A stretch of DNA of 64,000 bases from contig NC_043009.1 in the NCBI RefSeq assembly GCF_006345805.1, positions 52,080,001-52,144,000 of the forward strand. Direction: 5' to 3'. The DNA is from Octopus sinensis (taxonomy: Eukaryota). Of the stretch, positions 38,997 to 53,651 are shown piece after piece; positions within the stretch are counted from its first letter, which is position 1; every line of letters begins with the position of its first letter. The notes beneath the pieces are model-generated. The model was given only the letters and a program-made list of their open reading frames with translations, did not search any database and was not told where the DNA came from. Position numbers and translations under genes: made by a program.

Positions 38997-39892
38997 TTTG
39001 TCCTGTAAAGTTCTTAAATTTTGAATAACCTACTTTTGACCACAACAGTTATGTGAAGCAATTTAAAAACAGCTCAGTATTGGGAGTCACCAGCGAGGTC
39101 TATGCTACATAAGGACACTGTTGACACTTAAACAAAAAAATACTAATATACGTGCATACCAGTGAACGAATGCATGTGCCTGAGGCATGAGATTTTTTTC
39201 CATTTCATAGAATTCAAAATCTGATATTTATATGTACTTAGTATTATCAAATAAATTCCTCTGTAAATAAATGTTAACGTTGCCTCCTCGGTTCTACATT
39301 TATCTATAACATATATTTTACACCTGTTATTAATTTGATCGGCTCCGTTGACAAAATACTATTGTATCTAGAGATATGTGTTTTTTTAATGTTTCCTATA
39401 AATGGCCAGTATTCTAGACACTTTTTGAAATATGTTGTGGCTTCAAGCAATTCCTACAAACATCGAAACTTCTCAATTTTTTCTTTTTCTTGTTCTTTCT
39501 CCCTCTACCACTCAGTTTTATACACACTTCGCTTTTTCACACACACATATGCACAGTGAGTGAAACAGACAGAGAAAACAAACAATAACAGACATATAGA
39601 CTACTGAGCCAATATCTTTTACATTCAGTTATCATTTATTTCTAAATATAAACATTTAAAATAACGTTACTCTTTCACTGACGCGATTTGTTCAATGTTC
39701 CGTTTTATCTTTGGAAAAATAATGTCGAGTTTGAATAAGCTTCAAGGATTTCCGTTTCCTTAGTCTGTATATTATTATTTGTGTGTGTGTGTATTTCATT
39801 ATACTTGCTGAAATTTTAACCTATGATGTTAGGATTTGGACTTTTGATGTATGAAACTTCCCTTATTTTAGGATTCGGTTTCCAGTTTTTAA

Positions 39893-40717
39893 CAAGAGGC
39901 ATTCTTGAAGTTTCGTGTCTTTCTCAGGCGAGACATTTATTAAGTTCAAAGCTGTAAAACACTCTAATCTCTTTGAAATTAGGATCCTTTGATTTCAATT
40001 CTCTTGTTCTGGTGCTCCAACCATTTCGTGAAGGCCCCATGGGACTCCTCCCAAAATTAAGGTATCCAGGAGCTTTCACACGGCTCCTTCATGTCTTTCA
40101 GTTCGAGAAATTTCACAGGGAGCAAGTCCTGAATTATACGGATGTGTGGGATAGTTTTGATGTCCACTTCTGTTAAGTAGTTGGTTACCAGGAAGTGGGT
40201 GTAGACTGGAGTATTGTCATGGGACACATTCTTTGGCCTTTTGCGACGAAATCTCTACTGAACTCCTTAAAAACCTTCACAAAGTACACTTTGTTGGCCG
40301 TTGGGCGACAGGGAACCAAACATATATAGATGATGACTTTGATGTCGTAAATGGGGAACTTCATGTGTTTTCCGGTGGAATTGATTTGCTTGGTCTTTAC
40401 GGCCAGCGAAAGAAAATGCTAAACACATACAAGTTTATTCACAGGCGATTTGGATCATTTCATAAGATTTCATGCTACATTTCCCTGTCTAAACTAAAAC
40501 TTTATTGCATGGCGAGTTTCTAAATTTTCTTTTCATTCGCAAACTAGGCAGCTGTGAAAGTTCCTCTTATGGCCATCTTCTTCAATCTGGAATTAAAAAA
40601 GTTAGCTGGTCAACTTATCTGATGTATTATAATGATATATTAGACTAACAATATGCTAGGTCAGTTATAAGTGTCTTTCCTAAAAAGTCTAACAATTTCT
40701 AGAATGCATTTCGCATA
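39893..40717 (-). mobile_element. Internally deleted, decayed mariner-family transposon
   Basis: Minus-strand fragments RHAIKF..FRQGK (N-terminus), VPCRPTANKVYFVKVFKEF, HDNTPV..LVTNYLTEVDIKTIPH and HGAFTKWLE resemble mariner transposases; degenerate inverted ends near 39893 and 40717. Confidence 0.7.
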
Positions 40718-40995
40718 TGTGTTGAAATCGTTCCCTTATTTCTTTGATTTTAATGGCCTTCGCGTATTTTATGGTGAAACACTTTCTGTAGTCATAGGTG
40801 ATGTTTCGAATATTACGCTTTCTCATTTATCAGCTATGTAGAAATTGTCATTAAGTACCCACGCAGTCAATAAGTTAATAACCAATTGTACAGATGAATA
40901 TTTGAGCGTGGCTGCGTATAGGTCCAGACTTGGCTGCGTGGTAAGCTTCCTTCCCAACCACTTATCTATGTATATATATATATATATATATAAGT

Positions 40996-41087
40996 TCACC
41001 GGTAAATGTATGTATAAATATAACTTTACAGGTGAGTGTTTAAAATAATAAGGCACTAAAAAAGAATGACTCTCCCCAGACACAACA
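40996..41087. mobile_element. Partial second copy of the palindromic element
   Basis: TAACTTTACAGGTGAGTG..AGGCACTAAAAAAGAATGACTCTCCCCAGACACAACA matches the right arm at 35279-35346. Confidence 0.8.
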
Positions 41088-41328
41088 ATATATATATAGA
41101 CACATATACACAAATATATACATGCTTACATATGTATAATTTTTTATGTTATTCAAAATTTTGCATATTTCATAGCTTATATTTACTTTTGATATAAAAG
41201 CGAGGTACGTGTCATTTAGTTCCCAAATTATGGGAACGCGCGGTAATTGAATTTAAATGTACAAGTAAATTTTCTCTGGTTATTATTACTATATACACCC
41301 ACGAACTTACTATCACGCACACACATAC

Positions 41329-41390
<62 letters not shown>

Positions 41391-41412
41391 GTATATGTAT
41401 ATATATGCATGA

Positions 41413-41584
<172 letters not shown>

Positions 41585-41588
41585 GCAC

Positions 41589-41650
41589 CCAGGTGGTGCT
41601 ATTAAGTTAGACATGGCCTGGGCAATAATGGCCGAAACCTATCAAAGTAT
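41589..41650 (+). mobile_element. ~60-bp extreme 3' end of the CR1-group LINE family of 1836-5838
   Basis: CCAGGTGGTGCTATTAAGTTAGACATGGCCTGGGCAATAATGGCCGAAACCT versus 5766 CCAGGTGGTGCTATTAAGTAGACATGGCCTGGGCCAATACTGGCCAAAAACCT; inside (AT)n. Confidence 0.85.
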
Positions 41651-41656
41651 ATAATA

Positions 41657-41690
<34 letters not shown>

Positions 41691-43184
41691 TGCATGCATG
41701 TATGTATGTATGTATGTATGTATGTATGTATGTATGTATGTATGTATGTATGTATGTATGTATAGTATGTATATCAGAATAGGTAAATGATACAGACCGC
41801 TTTCTTTAAATATACCACATTCATTTCGATATATCGAAATGTTTGAGCCATTGCACTAGAATGTCGATCGGTTGTGCGAATGCTACGACATTGAAACTTT
41901 CGTGTTCATATTAATATTGTTTTCGTCGCTGCTCTGTATAGCTTATGCTCTAATTTTTACTGTATTTTTTTACTGTTTAACATTTATCCTTCAACCTGTG
42001 CTATTAACAATCTGCCGCCAGTTGCCTTTGGACCACGTGATAGATTGACTGGAGACAACTTCCGACATATTTACGTGATTTGGTAAAAACAAAATGGTTG
42101 AAAGATGGAGAAGTAATGACAAAGATGTTGGTAAGTGGGGAAAGGAAAATGTTGTTAAGCTGTGGTAGTGGCGTGAGGCTTCAACGTTTTTTTTTCTTTA
42201 TGTCTCCATGTGGTTATCGTGATGATGGTGACATTTGTGACAGCGGCCGGTGTGCACGATAATCGTATTGATATTAGTGATGGTGATGATACTGCTCATA
42301 GTATTAATGGTCGTGACTTTGGGGGTGCTAGTGGTGATGGGGACAGAGATGTTGCCTTTGATGGCGTGCTTGATGATTGCTGTTTTGATGATATTAGTTG
42401 CAACTATATTCATAGTTGAAAATGTTGATATCGCTGTTGATTGCGTTAGCAATGTCGGTAGAGGCGTTGGTATATAGAGATGATAGCTGGTTTGGTACTT
42501 CCATTGACTGATTGACACATTTATTAATGATCGCATGCACTGTCAGGCCTGCTGGGTGAATTCTCTTTGGATGGATGGATGGATGGATGGATGGATGGAT
42601 GGATGGAGAGAGGGCGGAAGGAGGCATGGACGAATACAGAAATAAGGGAAGGTTATCTAGATGAATCAACGATTGACGGATGCTCTGAGATTTTGTTGAA
42701 ATGAACATTTTAGATATAAAGACAGTTTACAGATTGGTCAAGGATGCGAGGAAATGAAGAGAATACATCAGGAGACAACAAGTCTGGAATCCCTGCACGC
42801 AGACCTTGTGGAGCTCATGGTATTTGTTGTGATGGACTGGCGTTATTAGCGATGATGTTTACTAAGCCTTGGTTTGCATCGGATTGATAGTGGCGAAGCT
42901 GATGGCCGTCATATTAGTGTCGGTGGTAATTATGGTAGTGACTGATGAACGTGATTGACCTAAATGGATTTTGCATGCATTGTCTATATTCATAGTGAAT
43001 AGATATCAGTAGGTATAGTTAGGTAGCGACTAAGACTTTGAGCTAGAAAAGGTGTTCGTTAATCGAATTAATGAGTTAAAATCCGCTGCGTATATATATA
43101 TATTGATCTCTCTCTTCTAAATATACAATATTGTACATCATTTGAAAGACTCTCTGTGTGTATATATATATATATATATACTAT

Positions 43185-43257
<73 letters not shown>

Positions 43258-43570
43258 ATATATGTCTGCAGATAAAGGCTTTTTTCCCCAAATACGCCAG
43301 CTAAACTTGTTGTACTGTTATTAGTCGTAAGACACCTGCTTTTTGTATTTCATTTTTGTTTTTTGTATTTCATTATTGTTTTTTGTATTTTATATTCGTG
43401 TGGCGTCGTCCGTTTTTCTGTCCCTATTTCGTATACATTCGATCCTTCTTCCTAGAAATCTAATGCTCGTAGCTTAGTTTTTCTAATGCCGGTACCTTCC
43501 GTGTTTCTTATATCGTCTTTTAAGTGTTTTGCGTTCTTGTCCCAGTTTGTATTTTTCTACATATCATTTA

Positions 43571-43642
<72 letters not shown>

Positions 43643-43713
43643 ACATATACACACATACATATATATATATATACGTATGTATATATATATATATATAATA
43701 TATATATATATAT

Positions 43714-43824
43714 TGGCCTGCTCGCTTAGCCAGCGGGGTGGCGTCATTCGAAGGCTAAAACAATGCGAACGCATTGTGACCAGCGATGTGAAACAACATC
43801 TCATGGTCTGGTCGGTCACGTGAT

Positions 43825-43833
<9 letters not shown>
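43714..43833 (+). mobile_element. SINE 3' fragment (tail T3) inside (AT)n
   Basis: Near-identical to the reverse complement of 63610-63730. Confidence 0.88.
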
Positions 43834-43883
<50 letters not shown>

Positions 43884-45213
43884 CATATACATATGTATAT
43901 ATATATAATATAATTATATAAATATATGCATACATGTATATACATACCTACCTATTTATGTATATATACATGCATATATGGGAACAGGACATTAAAAAAA
44001 CGTGCAACACAATAAGAAACGAAAACATAAAAACAAAATCATAGAGACGAAATTGTTTTTCAAATACCGAAAAAAACGCGTACAAAACATACAACACAAG
44101 GAATATTCCCCTTCTTCAGTTGTCCCCGTTTCATCTACTCCGTGTTGCGAACGTAAGAACAAGACGCGACTTCTTTGAAACAGTCCCTCCTTCAAAGTAA
44201 ATTAAATAAAAGTGGTAACAAGAACAAGACAGTAAAAACAATAAAAATGCAGAAACAGTAAAAGAAAGAACAATGAGAACAAAACAGTAAAAACGAACGA
44301 TGAAGTTTGTTAAGCCAAGACGATGGAAAAATTATTGTGAAAACTTACGGAGACAGCTTATGAAAGAGACAGGATAAGCTGGTCAGGTCTTGGTGAAGAT
44401 AGCAGTTGGAAAGATGGCTTCCCTCTGATTACATCTCAGTGATGAGAGAGTCGAGGAGGATGAGGAGGAGGAGGGGGAGGAGTACGAGAGAGGGAACGGT
44501 AAAGGGGAGAGGAGAAGAATAAGGAAGGGTGGGAGAGAAAATCAGACACGATGAAGAACAAGAGAAGGAGAGAGATAGACAAATAGTAAAACAGAAGATA
44601 CATACATATGTGTGTGTGTATATTGTTGTATGTAAACCCTGAAATAGATATAATTAAGCAGATAAAAATAGAAAAATATAGCAATCAACCATTTATATCA
44701 CTTCAAATCAATATACGAGAAAAATACCATTGTCAGGAAAGACAATGTGTAACAAAAATTTTTTTAAACGTTACATGAGATAGATATTATTTTTGCTCAT
44801 AATTTTCAAATGACTAAATATTTTACTCTGTCTGAACATTTCTTGTACAATTTTTTTTTTTCATTTCTCATAATCACAACTGTATCATCTTGTGTTATTA
44901 TTATATGGTGTTACATTTTTCATTATGATTATTCGTAAGTGCAGGAAATTAGTCTACGTAGCTGTATCAAATTGTTTGACAGCTTTTCGCTTTTAAATTA
45001 ATAAACTGTTATAATATAGACAAGTAATTTAATAATTCATTCACATAATGTTTCTTTTGTCAGAATGTATAACAACAAATTCGTGATATCAAGTGAGTAG
45101 GTCATTCACTATATACACATAGTTTTTGTCTTACAACGTATAATACGTTGTTTGTTACCAAAGCTATGTGTTTATGCATATAAGCATATATCTATGTACG
45201 CGTAAATACATCT

Positions 45214-45510
45214 GAAGGCGCGTGAGTTGGTATGTAGGGGCGTGCAGCTCACGATAGTGAGGTCTCGCGTTCGATTCCCGACTGCTTGATGTGTCATTGA
45301 GCAAGAGACTTTATTTCACGTTGCGCCAGTCTACTCAGCTGGCAAAAATATATGGTACTCCTAATTCAAACGACCAGCTATTTCACTTCCCGTGTCACGC
45401 TGAATCTCCCTGAGAACTATGTTAGTGGTACGCGCATCCGTGGAGTACTCAACTATTGCACGTTAATTTCATGAGCAGGTCATTGTTTTGATCGGATCAA
45501 CTGCAACTCA
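45214..45510 (+). mobile_element. tRNA-derived SINE (body X, tail T2)
   Basis: B-box-like CGTTCGATTCCC, GTGTCATTGAGCAAGAGACTTT, body CCAGTCTACTCAGCTGGCAAAA, tail GTGTCACGCTGAATCTCCCTGAGAACTA. Confidence 0.8.
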
Positions 45511-45879
45511 ATCCGTTGGATCACGACAAAATGAAGCTTCTTACAACTCTTCTAATTTTCAACACGTTTTAGCATTCAGTCGTTAGATGTTTGAATGTAT
45601 TTGGCCAGTCCTAATGCGGTAGTTTTGTAAAAAAATATATTAAGATTGAGTCAAGTCTCGATCTCCTTGGGCTCCGGAAAGAACAAAAACGATTCAAGTT
45701 TGGCTTTGAGAAGCACATCATATGACGAGAGAGCAGCTTCCGCATTTTCTTCCTTTATTCCACTGATGTTCTAGTTCAACAAATTGAAGCTATAAGTAAT
45801 TTATAGCTAACACTTTTATGAATGAATTTATGGCTAACACTTTGTTATGTGCATTTAGCTCAGATTTCAGGACTGCTCC

Positions 45880-46600
45880 AACTCGACTATAACATTCCTT
45901 TTTAATCTACTTATGCTTGCATGCTGAATGCTAGATCCTTCATTTATTCCTAGGTATGTGTAAGTTTGTTCCTGCCCAAATTCATTTATGAGTGAACATT
46001 CGATACTACTGAATTTGGGGTCTTCACTTTACCTTACTGGAAAGTAACCTGGCACATTTATCAGAACAATATCCACGCCAATGTCATCACTGGATGCTTT
46101 CACAGTACTTAATAGGCCTTGAAGTTCATCATTGCCTTTGCCATAGAATCTCAAGTCATCCATATAGAATAGATGGCTTATTTTCTTGAGATATTTTTTA
46201 CCCATACCCTGGTCTGTTATGTTCACATGGAAGGGGTATTAGTGCTGCGCCAAAAACAGAGGTGAAGGTGAAACATTATAGAAAATGCCACAGTGGATGG
46301 AGTGATATAATTGTTCCAATTAAATCACTGCATTTCGGTGATATAATTGGACATTCGCATTCCACAATGACAAATTATGCTTCAGGAAGTCTGAAATTGC
46401 AGAAGTTTGAAGATGCCCAGCAATTGCAAGATCCATAAATATAATATGCTTGCAAAGGCCTTTATTGCAATCAATCCATGCAGGACTGAGGTTCTTGAGT
46501 ATCATGCGATTAATTAGGAATTGATCTTTGCATCCATATAACCCTTTTTGTTCAGTGAGGAAACATCCTTCCGTTCTATGAATGCATATGCTTTCTCCAC
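45880..46600 (-). mobile_element. R4/Dong-type LINE, reverse-transcriptase fragment, old
   Basis: Minus strand reads EQKG..GCKDQFLIN, AWID, ISHLFYMDDLRFY, DKCA and YTYLGINEG. Confidence 0.8.
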
Positions 46601-48156
46601 GGGCTAGACGTTAAAATTTTACAAGTGGTGAATAAACAGCATATGGACTGGTTTCATTATTCTTTGGGAGTAGATAACAAAGACCACATGCGAAGAAGTC
46701 ACGTATTTTCTTAGGGAACATTACATTTATTTTATCAGCGTCAGTATATCTCGAAATAAATTTGGTACTATTCTTTTCCATTACGTTTTATGATGTCTTA
46801 TAATATAGAATTGGCTGCCATGTCTTGTAGAACGAGTCATTACCTCGAAACAAATATACTTTTATTCATATTGTTTGACCTTCGTGTGATTTTCTAAGAT
46901 ATCATTGTACAACCAGATCTTCTTGAGACCGAATACAACGCTGGCCTTTGAGACAACAAAGCAGCTTATCGCAATGAATTTAACTGTATCCTAGGAGGGG
47001 ATATGATAGAGAAGAGATGCAACAGAAGAAGCGAACTAAGTATGGTGACTTGGGGAATGTCTGCAACAAGTTGGGTGGAACCCGAGATGCTTGCTAGTGG
47101 AGGTTGGCAGTAGGACTTACACTGAGTAAATTGGGCATTGAAAGAAGATGTAGAAACATGAAGAACAACGCAGAGTCGGTTGAGAAGCATCTAGGTGAAT
47201 CATTATGGTTAGTAAAAAGATGTAATCTGTGGTGTAAGTAGAATGCTGCTTGGGCACAGGCCTAGTCATGATAAAGATATTTCGGTTCTCCTGGTTAAAA
47301 GTTTATACTGTAAGAAACGAAATCAGCGATGCCAGGATGCAGAACTGACAGCCTGTCCAAAATTTGCATCTGTAGGTACATGTGGAACTAGTATGTGTCA
47401 TGAGAATAAATTTACCTAGGCTTAGGTCTGCATCGTCATCTATGAATTCTTACGGATGCTGTTTATGCTTTTGTCATTTTTACTCCAAAATTTGATGTGA
47501 AAACTCGAGGAGATAGAATTTTAATAAAACAAGTGTGTTTATTAACATCTACTCAAGACACGACACGAAATGATAAAGTAAAATAAACCACAAAAATTGT
47601 AGACATTCAGTTAATATCAAATTTAGATAGGCGAGTATGCTTCCTACCAAATACTGCATTGATGTTTTGTTGCTTTGGTTATTGGTGATGCTACTCTTGT
47701 TGTTTTTCAGCGCCTACAAGTTCTATAGAAAAGAAAAGAAGGTTTTAATATGCAATAATTATCAATATCTTTTGTAGACACAAAGAAGGAATAACTGGAT
47801 ATTTGAATAAATAAACGTATTGAGATGTACTTACATTATTCCATAAGTAGATAGAATATTCTGTGATATTACAGAATAATTTGAAATGTTCGTCATATCA
47901 TGTATTCATATTAATATTTCGATATTTTATTTTTGCGAATATTTTATTTAGTTTCTCGTTTTTAATGAAATGTCTTTGTTAGTTTCTTACACAAAATTTT
48001 CGTTTCATACACTTAAATATTAATATTGTTGAAGACTTCTTCACAATTTTTCTTATGTATTTTTAAAATTCTGCAACAGATATTCTAGACTCTACTAGAA
48101 AGTATCTTGCTGTCTCTGTTTACATGGCGTAATATCTGAATTTTTACATATATGCA

Positions 48157-48280
<124 letters not shown>

Positions 48281-48797
48281 TGTGTGTGTTTGTGTACATA
48301 CAAGCATATATACATATATGCATATGTTTAGGTATATTTGTATGTGTATGTAGGTCTGTATATTCGTATATGAATATATATATATACATATATACACATA
48401 CACAAACACACACACACACACACACACACGTATATATATAGAGAGAGATATAGATATATATAACTACATAGACATATATATGCGCATGTATCTATGTATA
48501 TATGCAAGCGCCCGTGAAGGAGCACCAACGCGGATATGCACGCCTATATACATAAGCACACACACACACACTCATATATATGTGTGCTTATACATATGAA
48601 TATACATATACATTCCGTGTGAGGATGAGCAGAGTTGTTATAAAAAGAAATACATATGTAACGTATTACCGTGAGAGCGTTTGTGTGTCTGTGAGTGCGT
48701 GTGTGTGTGTGTGTTGTGTGTGTGTTTGTGTTTCAGCGTATTTCTGTGAATGTGTTTGGTTTCGTGTACTGTATGTGAAGGTGATTGTTTCATATTT

Positions 48798-48813
48798 TCA
48801 TTATTATTATTAC

Positions 48814-48854
<41 letters not shown>

Positions 48855-48877
48855 TATTATTGTTGTTATTATTATTA

Positions 48878-48926
<49 letters not shown>

Positions 48927-49045
48927 CATTATTATTATCATCACCATCATCATCATCATCATCATCATCATCATTATTAGTATTAATAACACTATCATCA
49001 TCATCACCATCATCATCAGCGGCAGTAGCAGTAACAGCAGCAGCA
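48798..49045. repeat. (ATT)n/(CAT)n microsatellite
   Basis: Directly visible. Confidence 0.95.
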
Positions 49046-49281
49046 GTATCCTATGTCTGCAAATTTTTAGTGAGACACACACGCATGGACACACGTAGAT
49101 TTAGCAGGGTGTGAGTATACGCGTACACATTATTTCAACATACATATTACATATATCAGTTTTTGCTAGTATCTTATATTTTGGGTAAGAAAAACTTTTT
49201 CAAATTCTTATGTAAACATCCACATGGAATTGGTGAAAAATTTCTCTATCTCTCTCTTAACACATACATACACACATACAT

Positions 49282-49353
<72 letters not shown>

Positions 49354-49362
49354 GAATGTGTA

Positions 49363-49402
<40 letters not shown>

Positions 49403-50323
49403 TGTATATATGCATAGAGAGAGAGAGAGACAGATAGACAGAGAGAGAGAGATGCACATATATACATATAAATATTTATCTTTCAATCTTCTCCTCATAC
49501 CAAAATCTTCTCTCCCTCATACTTCTTCTTATCCTTCTCTTCTCAATACTATTTTCTATCTTAGTTTTGGTTATTAATGTTGGTATTAATAAATGTGAAA
49601 GTTGGATTGAATCATAGAGTGATTTACAACGATAATTTACATCATGTGTTCAAAATCCACTGTGGAGGCGACACTTTCGTGACAAAAGACGTGCTAGCTT
49701 GTATCTTGGACGACGATTCAACTGAGAGATATCTTGCTGCCATGGCTGTGTAGTTACCAATTTCACTTTGCAACATGGTCTCCGCTTCGGTCACAGTCGG
49801 CGATACACTTTGCTATTGTCGTCTTCTGAATTCCCGAACCGACGAATGTCTCCACATTGAATATGGTACATGGAAAATATGCTAATGCTTGTCGTGAGTG
49901 TGTGTGTGTATGTGTATGTGCGTCCTTGCGTGCATGTTGTTGGCATGTTTACATACGCGTATATTAAAGGTTCAGTGAAGGTAGATAGAGAACAATTACT
50001 CTAGAAATATGCACAGGGGTCAATTTCTTTAACTACGCCCTTCGAAGTAGTATCGTGGATGGTCGTAGATTCAATAACTAACCAAAGATAAAAAATTCTA
50101 AGTGTGTAATTTCCTAATTATATTTGAAACCATTATGCATATTAATATGAAGTTGGTATAATAATGTGGTATTATGTAATATTGATGCTTGTAAGATAGT
50201 GTGATATATACAGTGGCGCTGGTATATATTAGTATGTCTTAATGTGAGTTGAGTATCATGAGAATTTCAGTACTATTTTCGTTTCGCTTTGTCAGAAATT
50301 TTTAATGCAAATACAAACACACG

Positions 50324-50409
<86 letters not shown>

Positions 50410-51844
50410 TAAAGAGAAAGACAGAGCGAGAGAGAGGGGAGACTGAATGAATGTATTCATATCCAGCGTAAGATGAGAGGTCTTTCCCGAGTCACAGACT
50501 CGTGTCATCGATTCTGGACCGTGTATAATAATATCGCTCTGGGCAGAACACCTATCCGTCGCAGTATTTTACATTTTTGCCCGCTGAGTGAACTGGGACA
50601 AAGTGTTTTCCTCAAGAACACGTTGTATCGCCTGATCCAGGAATCCAAATCCCGATCATATGTATATGAATATTATATATGCATATATACAGCTATTGCG
50701 GCTTTTTTACCAGTGAAACATGAAAATTTCGAAGGATTGCTATCGTCGTATTTTACAACGTCTGTCCCCTCTATAGAAGAAGTGGGTTCGTGAACGACAG
50801 CGCACCTTCGACGTTTTCTACCTAAATAATGAAAGGTATGGTACATTCGGAAAATTAAATAGACTTTTATATTCGCGGTTTGGATTTCAATTGCGACAAT
50901 GTTGAACATTAGCAAATGTTGTACATTGTTTTCGTTGCTATATGCGTGTGAGATCGAGATTACTTATTGAAGACACACAGAAAGACTGTAGCGCACTTTC
51001 ACCAGCAAGTGGGGACAGAAACTCGATAGATTAATTGTGTTTCTGTATAGATTGTACAATAGTAATCTACCCTCAGCTACCATGAACGGTAACAAAGCAA
51101 CAATCGGACTGATCTGGTGAGAGATGTCTTCGAAGATTCTTTGTATGTTTGGATTTATAGTGTATCACTGTGCCTGGGTAATACTTCTCTCGCAACCCGT
51201 GGGCTTGCTGTAAGATCGTTTCTCTTTTATATCTAGAGAAACAACAAATACTTATTTGTGATAGCATAATCACCATATCTGTGTTCAACACTTTCCAGCC
51301 GAGGTTGGTTAGTATGGGGACTAGTTTTTCAATCAATAGAAAAGATAGGAAATACTTCCTCGAGCGTGGAATGGAAATTTCACATCAATCGTGCCGAACT
51401 TTCTCTCTCGAGCGACGTATGTTTGATCTCACTGATATGTTTTACATGGTATCTGGTTAATTCGTCGACGGCAATTTGACGTCGTACAATTTGTCTTTAG
51501 TCAATTCATCGTTGGTCAGTTCGTTCCCAGGTCAATTCGTCGACATCATATATAAAATGGAAGAACGTATATCTGAATTAAAACACGATTTAAATATTAT
51601 ATATTTAGTTTTTCTTAACATTTAACATTTTGTGCAATTGCTTTTAGAAAAATGTTTTGGGTTGGATATACTACTGTACATTTAAGGACACTGGTTTCAT
51701 TGTACATAGGAAATATTTTCGCCATTTTGAAAAGCATGTAGTGATCGAAAGTCATCTCTTGTGTTAGACGCGCTAAAGTGAAGCCGAAAGCGGCCGGTTT
51801 GTTAGACTTTGTTATTGACGTCACTAATGGCATTAGTTCTAATA

Positions 51845-51980
51845 CTGGTGATGGTGGTGGTGTCGGTGGTGTTGGTGGTGGTGGTGTTGGTGTTGGTGGT
51901 GGTGGTGGTGGTGGTGGTGGTGGTGGTGTTGGTAGTGTCGGTGGTGGTGGTGCTGGTGCTGGTGCTGGTGCTGGTGATGT
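51845..51980. repeat. (GGT)n/(GGTGCT)n tract
   Basis: Directly visible. Confidence 0.95.
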
Positions 51981-52149
51981 TAATGGTGAAGTTTACTTCA
52001 ATGCCCTCTTCTCTGTCCTACATGCCATTGTCCTTACTGTTGTTAATAGCAAAGTTGTTGCTGGGGGTACGGGGTGTTGTTATTTTCTGTCTTACTTCAC
52101 TGAGGTTGTTTTATTGTTTTTGTCACTGTTGTAGTAGGTAATATTTTCA

Positions 52150-52760
52150 TTGCTGTCAATGATGTCGTTCCCGGTGCTGATGCTGCTGTTACACGTTTCC
52201 ATTAGAACTGGGATAGGAAGGCTAATTGTGTCGCCGATACGAAGTGGGGTGGCCGAAGGTGCCCGTTCACAAGCGAAACGCCGCCGCTGCCACGCCATGA
52301 GGCCTATTGCGTTGCGTAGGCATCCGCCCCTTCTCTCCATATCTGTGATTTTCCTTCGCTGCGCTGCTGGCTTGCCTCCACTTGCAAATTTACTTACTGC
52401 GCTCGTTCCCTGTTACCGCGTAGCAGGGTGCTCCCTTTCATTTTCTCGCTCGTTCGTTTCTATGTTTGCTTGTTTGTTTGCCTTCTTCGCTCACTTCTGT
52501 CTCCGTCTCTTAGCTGACCATGCACCCAGCGGGCCCCTGACGTCTCTCCTCCTCCTCCCGCCGCCAACGTCTTCGTTTCTCAGTCGCAACATTTTGTTCG
52601 CTTCGTTTCCGTGCGGGGCCGCCTCGAAAGGGCGGATCATATCGTTCGCGAGAAGACACTCAATAGATCGCAGTGTGGTAGCTGCTCTACTAAGCACGTC
52701 ATTGCGAACGGCAAGTCGAGTCGTATGGAAGGGACTTTTTTCGTTGGTGCATTTCCGAAT
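52150..52760. promoter_or_regulatory. GC- and CpG-rich island, possible promoter/first exon or enhancer
   Basis: Many intact CpGs against an AT-rich background; GC boxes (CCGCCCC near 52324, GGGCGG near 52630); CRE-like TGACGTC near 52539; no repeat homology noticed in the window. Confidence 0.4.
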
Positions 52761-53651
52761 AGCATCCATATTCCATTTGCAAAGCTATATTATTTTAGCA
52801 TGAATGTCTCTTTCTTTTTCCGTTTCATATCGTCCTCCTTTAATAATTAGAAAAAAAAAAAAAACCGAAGAGAAGGAATATCAGAAAGACCAGCAATCCT
52901 CCAGAAAATGGTGGGTTTAATAATAAATTACCTTAAGGCAACAGATGTCCTTTTTCAAATAAGCACATTTTGCAACAACAACACAACAACAACAACAAAA
53001 TATTAATAATAATTTCCTTTATTTTCAACAAGGACTCGAAGAGATACAATAGCACGTAAGAAGCAAACAATTAATGGTGAGCTCACACATGTGCGTAGAT
53101 CACATAGATATTGTACATATAGACGAGGAGAGCACAGACATTTTCTACAATATATAAAAGTGAAAATTTATAAAAGATACTCAAATAAACAGACGGCATA
53201 ATAAATAAAAATGCAATAAAAGAAACAATACTCGAACCAGATGAGGTCGGGTATGCATATGTATTTGTGAGTATGAGTGTAGCAAATTTAAGAGTCCAGT
53301 TATAAAGGCAGATTACTAATTCATGAATAAATAACCTTTCTGATTCCTTGTGCTGATATTGCTAGAAATGTTCGTACGTCAAAGTATGCAACGAAGGGCC
53401 GCATACAAAGGATTGCTAACATATACTAGCTCTCAAAGATTTGCTCATATTTTTTCCTTCTTTATATACTGTTTAAAAAGTTGTCTCTTTTCTACGCAGA
53501 TTTGCTCTTTGTCAGCAAATTGCTATTATTGCATTGCGTAAAAGATTCTTCAGATGTTCGTTAAAATTGTGAAGGTCTGTAAATTTTATCTCTTGATGAA
53601 AGTCGTCGTCATCATCATCATCGTCATCGATATTGTCATTATTGTTGGTTT

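Noticed and set aside
42060-42540. ORFs of 60-112 aa in a (GAT/GGT)-biased stretch
   Set aside because: Decayed trinucleotide low-complexity sequence with no protein motif.
44105-44200. CTGAAGA and GAAAC on the minus strand as a hammerhead
   Set aside because: The motifs are in the wrong arrangement; no GAAA follows the putative stem II.
51455-51544. CRISPR-like short repeats
   Set aside because: Units are adjacent and degenerate with no unique spacers, and the context is eukaryotic.
52150-52803. 217-aa ORF over the GC-rich island
   Set aside because: Non-ATG start in the track, no recognisable domain; long open frames are expected in GC-rich sequence.
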